Part shown: positions 12,494-22,355 of the stretch, piece by piece
Layout: each line of letters begins with the position of its first letter
Position numbering within the stretch: the first letter of the stretch is position 1
Origin: Phyllosticta citribraziliensis
Taxonomy: Eukaryota
Assembly: GCF_038025025.1 (NCBI RefSeq)
Contig: NW_027117344.1
Span: 62,001 to 126,000 of the forward strand
Reading direction: 5' to 3'
DNA length: 64,000 nt
Notes under the pieces: model-generated
Databases searched by the model: none
The model's input: the letters and a program-made list of their open reading frames with translations, nothing else
Told to the model about the DNA's origin: nothing
Translations under genes and position numbers: made by a program

Positions 12494-13970
12494 CGATCTC
12501 TGCATCGACAGGCGTTGGTATGTGGGTACGGCATAGCATTTGCACATATTGCATCTCGGTAAATAAAATACAGCGTGTTTATACACAGCACAAAGGACCT
12601 ACTTCATTCAAACTCCGAATTGCATCTCTTCAAATGCTAGTCAGCGAAAAGCGTTCGAGAAATCACATCCTACTCAAAAAAGTCTCCTCCGAAACATCCT
12701 CACCATCCCCCTGTCCTACACTCATCCTGGTGCTTATGTTGAGCACCAATGAGATTCATTGTTGATCAACATCAAGTGGTCGTCAAGAACAAAGGGAGGA
12801 CAGCAAGTCCGAGAGCGACGCGCGACAGGCTCTCCCGAAAGAAAAAAAGAAAAAAGTAAAACAGAAGTGCGTCATGTGGGACCACGGCGCCGCAAAGACC
12901 AACCAGTTTCTGTGGTGAGTTGATCTTCGTCCCCCTTTCAAAGCTGCGTGTTGAGTGATGAGTGAGAGAACAAGCAGAATGAGCGGAGCTTTTATACCCT
13001 CCCTACCCTTGACTGGGAGCAGCTGGCCACGATCACAAGCTGCTAGGCACCTGCTTCTTCCAGGCAGCAGACCATGTGCTAGCTCAGCCTGACTGACGCG
13101 GCGCTGGAGCCCCGGCATGTGTGAAAAAGGAGTCAGCTGCTGACGGATGCAGAGGTATAAAAGCTTTCCCTTGCCGGTGCTCTCAATCTTTGTACCGCAC
13201 CATGCGAGTTCTGGGTCCACAAGGAAGAAATCCAAATGACCACTGACTGTGCGCTTGCCTGTCGCCCCGGAGATTCCGGACCAAAGTTGTGCTACTTGGG
13301 TTGAGAAGCCATTCCCGACGAGAAAGACATGCAAGAAAGATTCTTCGGTCGTGCACTGCAACGAGACGCAATGGTGGTGGTTATGATTGAGTGTGTAATG
13401 ACAGCGAGCGCCACTTAAAGTTGAGAAAGACTGGAGACATTTCACTGCGCGAGAAATGAATAGTGGAAGAGGATTCTGGCCCGGGGCAGCCAAAAAAGTC
13501 GTACACAACCCGAGATATGACACAAGAGTGTCCGAATTAGCACCCCGTTCTTTTCTCTTGTAACACGGGTGGACTGTTGCCATGACCCTTGCAATGCAAA
13601 CAGTGGGAATGTATTTATAATTCATCGATAGCCTTAGCCGTAGCCGTAGCGGCCGGGCGGCGGAGTTCCTTTCACGAGCTCAGGGGCATCAGGTTCTGGC
13701 GGATACTACATCACACGTCACGCTCAACTGGCCGCAGCCCATGGCGCGATTTCACGGTGCAAGAATGCAAGACTCAGCATCTCGTACCACTGCCATCGTC
13801 CTTCAAGCAGCGACCAAGTCCACCCAATTCTCCCCTCATCCGCCCGTCCCCATCGCGCCACCCCTTACTCACTACAACCACGGAACAAGGCCTCGACACG
13901 GACACCCCGCTACCACTCAAAAGCCCCGCCATCAAAATAAAGGCAAAAAGGAAAAGGGCAAAAGGAGCTC

Positions 13971-14053
13971 CAGATCGGCCAGGACTTGAACCTGGGACTT
14001 GCCGTGGATATGATGTTTAACCATGACATGCGTTACCACTACGCCACCGATCC
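13971..14053 (-). tRNA. Atypical tRNA-like gene (isotype undetermined; possibly pseudo-tRNA)
   Basis: Acceptor GGATCGG/CCGATCT, D-arm GCGT-AGTGGTA-ACGC (A box), T-arm CCAGG-TTCAAGT-CCTGG (B box), downstream T-tracts; anticodon arm non-canonical. Confidence 0.75.
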
Positions 14054-15485
14054 ATAAACGTTTTTGTGGTGCGCTGGATAGTGGGGTAGGGGTTGCGACG
14101 GATTATATACTGATTTTTGGCTTCGCTGCTTTGTGGGGTCTGCCTTTTGTCTGCACACAGAAGAAGCCAATATATTTTGCTGCGGATTCGCTGCGGAAAT
14201 TTTCGAGAAACTTTCTCGCCCTGTGACACTTGATACACAAAACGCTCTGAAGCATGTGCAAGTTGCCGTCAGACTACCGTGCGAGACTCGTCGTCTCGTG
14301 AGCGCGCCTGGATGCGCCCGCGGAGTATAAATTGCGTCGTCTTTTTAGCAGCGAGGAAGTACGGTACGACTCCCTCCAAGCATATCGACAACAGCAACTC
14401 AAATATGAGCAATTGACTCTTTGCTGGCATGGTGAATTGCAGAATCTCACTTCATGTTCTTCTTTGCGCTGTTGGGATCTTATTTCTACAGTCTCCGGCA
14501 AAAGGCGCGTAAATCTAAAGATCCTTCAACAGCGATGATGCTGAATCGCACCACCAATCGTCCACGATGAGACCGATTTTCGCCCAAAGACAGCAAAAAT
14601 GCTGCGACGCTCTTGGTCTCAGGGGCTTTTGGCGCGAGAGTAAATCGAAAGAAGAAAACCAAAGACAGACAAGTCACTTCTTCTCTTTCCAGATTGTTGC
14701 ACACCACAAGTCCGTCGTCTTCTCCCTATGATAAGGCCGCAGACTCGCGGGAGGGATGTCGCTTGGAAGAGTGAGAAATGGTCTGGGTTTATATACCCCT
14801 GAGATCTTGAAACTCCGCATGTGCCGACATGTCAGCGAGCTTCTGATAGATCACAAGCACAACGCTCGGAGCTATATGTCCCATGACGCGGTCCTAGCTC
14901 TAGTAGCTCTTGTACTTCTCTTCCGTTATAAAAGCAGGTCCGTCACTTCCACTCAACTCATCAACAACGCAATTAAATCGGCAGAAATACCCAAAAAAGG
15001 ACTAGATGACTGTCTCTCTTCCTTTAGGGCATGCTTCAATCGTCTTTCCTTTTCACTTTGTCCTGCGGTGGTTCCGTGACGCTCTCCAAGACCGACTGTT
15101 TTTGATTTGTCAAACTTGGCTTTTGCTTTCCTTTGAACGCTCACCATCATCATTAAATGACGGAGTCAATACCCAATTGCTTAAGATGAAGTCCGCCGCC
15201 GTCATCATTCAAGGGGGTTCAGTGCTTGGTTTATTCTGGATCTCATGCCACAGCGTCCAGCGGCTATGTAGGAAACCCAACAAAAAACAAACAGTTTTGG
15301 AGGTGTCTATGTCCTTTATTCTTGAGGATGGGATGCACCTCACTGATGATGGAACGGGGAAAGCTGAATCGAAGGAGAGAGACGGTTTTATACCTCGCGG
15401 AGCCGTCAAAAAAGCCCGGGCCAAGCCTCAAGAATCAGCTGCCAGCTCAGTAGAGCGAAAACGGAAGCATTTGAGTGTGCGCTAC

Positions 15486-15487
15486 GG

Positions 15488-15523
<36 letters not shown>

Positions 15524-15524
15524 C
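15486..15524 (+). repeat. (GGCA)n tetranucleotide microsatellite inside one bidirectional promoter module
   Basis: About 9-10 tandem GGCA units read directly. Confidence 0.9.
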
Positions 15525-18500
15525 GTCTTTCTTGGTATATAAAATGGTCGCTTCTGCCCTCCCCAGGGCTCATCATTGAAGATGCACCTTTCGTCAAGAG
15601 CGACATTCCTCGGCAACTGATACTGCTGTCCCGATCGAGCTCGAGAAAATTACTTTGTTTCTGTCCGCGTCCCCTGAGAGACTTTGAGTCCGCAGCTAGT
15701 GAATTTGATCTGGGCGACCGAAATCAAATTGCTCTCCATCTTTGACTTATGGTGCTGAGTAAAGTCAGGGGTAGATTGCAATGATCCGCAATATTATCAC
15801 TTTTCCAATGCGTTCCTTAAAAGTTGAAACGCTGGCAACGGCGGCGAAACAGTGATCGAATCATCTGGGATTTGTCTATGTGAACAACTCAGCCAAACAG
15901 TTGACCAGGTTTTGAAGAGGTGACTTTTCGCACTCAAAGCGAACTTGTTTGGCAATGAGTGAGCAACCCCAGAGTTGAGAGCGCTTTTATACGCGGACGA
16001 AGTAGGTCACAAGCAAGAGAGCTGCAAGAGGAATCAGATGTCAGGAGCCAAAAGGGGCAGGGTAGGTCACACCGACTTGTCTCTGACGCCGAAGCCGCAG
16101 CTCGCTGCGCTTGTGATCGTGGCCCTAGGGGGTATAAAACCCGGTCCTTTCGCTCTGTCAAAGGAGTCGTCAGACAAGCTCCAGCGCATCTTCAGCCGCA
16201 ACAAATGGTAGCTGAAAGACTGTGCTTGTTTCCGATGTCAAAGAGCATAGCACTTTGTTTGGCTGTTTCCGGCTGCGGAAATGACGGACTTTGGCCTTCT
16301 TTTGAAGAGCATAGGATTTTCAGGCGGCCTAGATTTCCTGTTTATCATTATTCCTTCTTGGAGGTCTTCATCATCAGAACAAAGAGCCTGTGACCTCAAT
16401 GGCTCAACAAAGAGAAAAGAAACAACCCCACAAGAAAGCAAGCCAACCACCCACCCCAGCAAACCAAAAGAAAAAAGACAAAGTACGCTGAAAATCAAGC
16501 CAAGCACTCCACCCAGTAGGGTCCTCTCGGACATCTCTTTCAGCAAGGTCGCGGACTGCACTGCGAAGGAAATGCCAGAGCTCAGAAGAATGCGCGTCTT
16601 ATACTCCGCCGCTGCACCTGCTCACGTGCCAAACAATGCCTCTCGACAAATGAGGGGAATTCTCGAGCACCAAGTCCCAGGAAGCACGTGCGTCGCTGTG
16701 CACATGGCCCCCTTACACGTCAACATGTCGAGTGCACTGGCGATATCGCTCGCCCACGGATGCACGACGCACTACAAAAGCCGCCGCGCCGCCCACAGTT
16801 CTGTCGTTAGAAAGCTTCTTCTGACAAGCGGAGAAGAACCTTCCAGCCTACCACTCTACTTGTGCGTTTGCGGTGAGTGGGTGGCACAGTGTGGTGATGG
16901 TTGGGTGTTGGGTTGCGGGGTTTTGGCGAGATGTGGGTAGGATGTAGGAATGGTGGTGAGGGATGAGAAATGTTGATGGGGATGAGGAATATGGTGTTGT
17001 GATGGTGAGGGATGGAAGTGCGGAGAAATGTAGAAGCGTTGTGTTGTCAGTAAGCGGCGGATTCAGGGGTACCCGGTGGACCGAGCGACAGAGAGGCTTC
17101 CCAGTACTTTATCTCGTTCGACCCAAGCACCAGAGTCTCATCTTCTTTTGTTGACAGCCATGGCCCATAAAGCGCAAGAACAGCGAGCGAGAAGCGCGCT
17201 CTTTATACCCCCACCTCCGCCTTTGCCGCCGCCTCCGGCGTCACTGACCTCGCCAGCCTCGGCGCACATGAGTTCCACTGCACGCCCGCATCTACCCAGC
17301 GCGCTTGTGACAGCTCTCTAGTTCTAGGAGTATAAAACCGTCACTCGACCCTCGCTTTTGACTCCTACACACCACCGAGTCCGCAGCAAGCAAACGCAGC
17401 AAGACGAAGGACCACTGCTTACTGTTGCGATGCGTTTTTTGCGCAATGAATGTTACTTGTGGCGTCTCTGCGTGGGACATGAGGACATGGCTGCGTTTGC
17501 ATCTTAAGAGGTGATGGAGATGTTGTGTATGGTGCTGCGGTATGTCGGCGTCGCGTGATGGCGAGGAAAAGGGACGAGAATTCCGTTCAGGGGTAAGTGA
17601 TTCCAGAGAGAAGTATTTCTCCGCAACAAATTGTCCGCAGCTCGACAACGAAGAAGAAAAATAATAGAAAGATGATGATGCGATGCAACGACATGGCATA
17701 GCGATGTAAATCAACCAGCTTTTAAGTCGGTTCAGCGAGCTCTCAGGCACAACGTACGGACAAAAACAACAAGAACGAAGCGAAGCAAAGCAAAGTCAGT
17801 CGTTTACTTCGCCGAAGGTCTCCCCCACCAGTGTAATGGAGACAACACTTCAGAGCCTGCAGGATTGCAGCTCGCTTGTCCACCACAATCGCTGGAGGAA
17901 AGAGAGAGATTTTATACCCTCGCAACGGAACCACATGCTAAAAAGCTCTGACCACCAGCAAGCCAGCACCACCTGCTTGTAGCCCAGGCTTGTGACTCGA
18001 ATGCTGCACAGCCACGGCAGGCAACATCTAGATTCTAGACAGCAAGCTCGTGACGTCTGACAACTGACCCCATCAGCATGTGGCTGGCCCCAGCTTCTGC
18101 CCATGCTTCTCCCGCTCTCACTCCCTAGGGTATAAAACCTCCGCTCTCCCTCCCCTTTCACAGCGCGACAAGCAGGTGGAGGCGAGCTGAGCAGCCCTCA
18201 GATCTTCCAATCGAACTTGCCGCTCCATCTGTCACCATGTCACTTTCTGCCGGAACGGATTTCTCAGTTTCAACACACTTTTCCGCTCGTTTGTCCGCTC
18301 CGTCAGGGGCCGCGTAGAGCAGAGGAGAAGACGTGTTATCCCAAGCAGTTGTGAATGAGAGCGGCAGAGTGAAGTAATGCAGCGTCGCAGCGCCACGGCA
18401 CCACGCTGCAAGTCCGCGTATCTGGGAAGCGCGAGACTGCCAATGGGGGAGTTGAGATACGCCGTGGCGCGCTCCAAACAGTGGACGAGGAATGCGACCA

Positions 18501-19692
18501 CGCGGCACAGCGCACAAGTGGCCCAACGGCATAGCGGCGGTGCAGGCGTCTTGCTTTGCTCTGCGGAGGAGTGGGATGAGGAGGAAGAAGGAGGAGGGGA
18601 AAGGTGCGAGAGGCGCGGGTTTTATACCGTACCTCTCTCTGCTCTGTCAAACCACATGACCGACATTACTGCCAGCCAGCACCGCCAACCACTCCAACCC
18701 ACTCCACTCCACTCCACTCCGCCCCGACGCTCTCCGACTCTCCGACCAAAAAAAGACAAGAACCAGGCCCACCCCACATGTTCCCGGCCGGCGGCCGGCT
18801 AGCTAGATAGGTTGGTCAATGTAGTGTTGAATCAGGTACCGTACACGCCGGGTTAGCCAGCGAAACAGACGACAGGCGCTAACCGCAAGAGGCAATATCG
18901 CGGCGAAGGGGAACGACGAAGCCGAACCGAAGCGAACGCCAGGAAAGCGAATCAAGGCAAATGCAATGCAAGTCGGCGAATCATCGCAAATGCCGCGGCT
19001 ATTATGTGCGCGTACGCATGTACTGCTACAAGCCAGACAGACAGGGGGGCCGGAGACTCCAGGATGAAGCTTAGCAAGAGTGCGAGAAGGAAAGAGAAAA
19101 GGAAACACGTAAGTTAGACAAGGTGTGTATGTATAGATAGAGGTATGCATGTCATGCAGCAAGAGTCGTATATGTACAGCTCTAGAGTCTATGATGCAGA
19201 CGGTTTCTAGGTGGATAGGTAGGTGAGGAGAAGGGGCCGAGGAAAGATGAGAAAGCCAACGCAGGCAGCCGGAGAGAGAGAAAGCGTCCATCCATGCCGC
19301 GCGCATTCGACCAACAGGGCAGGGGGTCGATCTTCAGACACAAGGAGATGACCGCGACCCTTAGTTTGATCCCCTGCGCGCTCGGCGACGAGATGCGGGT
19401 GCTCAGGTAATGCAAGTCGGAAGCTGTCCAGGCAGTCGAGGGGAGGTAGGAAGGTAGGAAAGCGGTCTGCCAACCGCACGTCGCACACGGGGTGAGCGTC
19501 GGTCAGCCCAGCAGGAAAGCCTTCATGCGCCCTCATCTCCGTGCCGTGCGGCGCCCCCGAAAAGCATGCCAGCCGCACGGCAGCCGTTGCTTTTTCGTGT
19601 GCAACGCCTCGTCGCCCCCCAAGAATAGCTCTCGACGGCCCGTGCTGGACGGCAGAAGAAGTGGGCAGATGCAAATACGGGCCGCACGCGCT

Positions 19693-20758
19693 CTACAGTT
19701 CCTTTTTCGTGGCGGAGCCGTTGAGCTGGGAGCGCTGCTCGCGCCGCACGACGAGCGGCATGGTGAAGAAGTTGGGCCAGTGCAGCTCGTAGTCGTCCTG
19801 CTTGTCGTTCAGGCAGTGTCTGAGCCAGATGCCCCAGACAATGTAAAAGTAGGCGCCGGTGCCCGTCATGAGGTGCCTAGCAAAGTTTCGTGTCAGCACG
19901 GCATGGGAAAAAGAAGCAAAGCCGCCAGCAAGCTGTTATTGGACGAGATTACTCACCACCAACCATGGCCTTCGAGAAGGAGGCCCCACGGCAGACCAAT
20001 GTCTCTGCGCCACCGCCGCAGGTTGCCGCAGAACTCGTTGTCTAGGGTCCAGATGGCGAAGCCGCCCAGAAAGATGCCCAACCCACAAGCAACCATTTTC
20101 CACATTGTGTGGAGGATGTGGAGATCGCGCCTGTCGACGCGCAGCTTCTCGGAGCTGTCGTCCGGCTGCTCCCTGGCCTTGAGCGTCGGCCGCAGGCGCA
20201 CCTCCATGACGTACATGCTCCGGAAGAGGACAACGGCGGTCAACAAAGCGTACATGTTTTGGTGAAAGGCCGGGTCTTGGAGGTAGTGGTAGTAGCCGGT
20301 GATGAAGGCGGCGAGGGCGACGAGGAAGAGGCCGAGCACCACGGCGTAGCGGCGCGACCTGCCGTAGGAAAAGGTGGCGTAAAACATGAGGCAGGTGGTG
20401 TAGATCATGGACAGCTCGTCGACCAGCTGCATGGGGTACTTGAGGGTTGCGTGGAAGAGGAACGAGCCGGTGCCGACCAACAGGTAGCCGGCAAAAGTAA
20501 CGAGGAAGATGCGGTCATGGTCGTTGGCCAGGCAGTTGGCGATGCCCTTGGCGGCCAGGTACATGAACAGGACGTTGGTCAGGGTGTTGACAATCTCGGC
20601 GCTGTAGATGGTGGCGTAGTAATCCTGCAGAGGTGAGCGGTGGGCGGGGATTGGGGCATTGAGCATACCTCTTCGCACCAATTGAGGGTCGAGGTGACGG
20701 GAGACCAGTAGCCGTCACCAGCAGGTGGGTAGGGCACGGAAGGGAGCCATTCGGGCAT
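19693..20758 (-). CDS. Alkaline (phyto)ceramidase, Ypc1/Ydc1 family; 3 exons
   Basis: Exon 1 MPEWLP..GYWSPVTSTLNWCEE; GSFLFHATL, QLVDELSM, LLEGHGW|WHLMTG (CREST-family His motifs). Confidence 0.92.
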
Positions 20759-21285
20759 GGTGGGAGAGGGGGAGGGAGGGATGGAGATGGAGGATCAGCC
20801 CACGCAGGATGGTGTTTTGCTGTGGGCGGACAGAGCGGGATACGAGGGAGGGGAGGTGAGGTGGTTAGGCGGCGTGGGCAGTGCGGAGCACATTTGTCAT
20901 GGCGGGGGAGCGACGAGCATTGCGTCAGAGGAGAAGGCTGGGCCTGGGGTGGACGGTGATGGAGACAATTTTTGATTTTCTCCCCTTCGTTTCGTTTCGA
21001 GCGATAGGGCGATAGAGCGATAGAGAGGCAGAGGCCAAGGCGAAACAGCGCGCGGGAGCTAACTCTTAGACAGAGTGTCGCTGTTGGGCTGACGAATCAC
21101 ATGGATGCGCTCTTGGGCTCCAGCTGATGATCTGCGCCCCGGGCCGAACGTAAATCCATCCTCCGCTCCGCTCCGCTCCGATTCCCCATTTGGTCACCCG
21201 GACAGGACAGACAGGACCCTCATCAAGTGACACCCGACTACTACACCCAACTCCGCTGCACCCAACCTCCTCGCCTCAATCCACC

Positions 21286-21763
21286 ATGGCCATTCCAAAC
21301 GAGGCCCTGGCCAAGGTGCGTCACCCATTTGCGTCGCCATGACCCGTGTTGATGCCCGCAGCTCCTCCAAGAAATCGAGCAAAAGGCGACCTTCTCGCAG
21401 CAGCAGATTGGCCTCGTCAAGGCCCAGATCACGGCAAAGGCCCGCGAGCAGCGCATGCTTCAGCTGACCACCACCGAGGTCGACTCGTTGCCCACCGACA
21501 CTAGGGTCTACGAGGGCGTCGGCAAGATGTAAGCACCCACTTTTCTCCATTGGCCAGGTCACACCCACTCACTCACTCACTCGCGCCTCTCCAGGTTCGT
21601 CCTGACCCCCACCCATGAGGTCAAGCAGCGGCTGGCAAACGAGGGCGAGGAGCTCAAGTCGGACACGACCAACTTGGAAAAGAAGCTGCACTACCTGGAG
21701 ACGACGCTCAAAAATAGCCGCGACAACTTTGAGCAGCTCCTCCAAGCCGGCTCCAGGTCCTGA
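21286..21763 (+). CDS. PFD1: Prefoldin subunit 1; 3 exons
   Basis: Spliced MAIPNEALAK|LLQEIEQK...RVYEGVGKM|FVLTP...LEKKLHYLETT, prefoldin beta-type pattern; missed by the ORF track. Confidence 0.88.
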
Positions 21764-22355
21764 AAAAGCAGGCTTCCGCCGACCTGAGTGCCACCAAGAC
21801 AGCCAGCCAGCCAGCCATTCTAGCCCCCATCTCTAGCCCGCGCCACGCCCAACGGTAGCAATAATATCACCACCAACAATCCAATCACTTGCTCCCAAAT
21901 CCGCCAACGGCCAAACCGACCGCTGCTTACCCCCCAAAATGACGACGCCAGAGAGCCGCGCGCATGTACCTCCTGTCTGGCCACACAGAGCGCACCGCAC
22001 CACGGCAATCTGTCGCATCCATCTGACGTGCAGCCCTGAATGCCTCGAGCTCTCCACCCCTGTCTCGCAGCTCCAGGCAGCTTCAGCCCTCCTGCACCAT
22101 GATTAAAATCAGCCTGCACTGCGTGATGCCCTCGTCCTCAGTCATCAGCCTCCCTGTCTTTATCACTCGTCCTCGTCACGCTCTTTGCCCTGCCTGTCCG
22201 GTGACCGGTTCCTGTTCCTCTCCAGCCATCCAAACAAGACCCAAACTATTTGCCTCTTCCCGTTCCTGCCACAACCTTCGTCGACCTCTAGTGCTGACGC
22301 TTGCCGCTGTCTTTTAACCCGTCTCCGCACCCTTGTCGCCAACAACACCGCAACC

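Larger units (their letters stand above)
12990..18626. promoter_or_regulatory. Array of 17 alternating-orientation TATA core promoters forming bidirectional modules that flank unique ~460-bp cassettes
   Basis: TATA boxes at 12990(-), 13156(+), 13613(-), 14326(+), 14788(-), 14927(+), 15386(-), 15536(+), 15985(-), 16133(+), 16597(-, TATAAGA), 16773(+, degenerate TACAAAA), 17201(-), 17331(+), 17910(-), 18131(+), 18620(-); common context GGTATAAAAC/G, usually followed by a CT-rich tract. Confidence 0.8.

Noticed and set aside
14333..15984. C/D-box snoRNA cluster or miRNA-like hairpins in the cassettes (e.g. AATTTGAT 15702 / ATCAAATT 15723)
   Set aside because: TGATGA/CTGA boxes are not consistently paired with terminal stems, and the stems are only 6-8 bp, compatible with chance
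12783..16940. ORFs inside the promoter array (e.g. 12783-13625, 15006-15542, 16281-16940)
   Set aside because: They cross promoter modules and microsatellites, lack the host coding bias, and show no recognisable domain, so are most likely chance frames
12990..18626. Literal CRISPR array or tandem satellite
   Set aside because: No identical direct repeats, no cas genes, eukaryotic context; only short motifs and spacing recur
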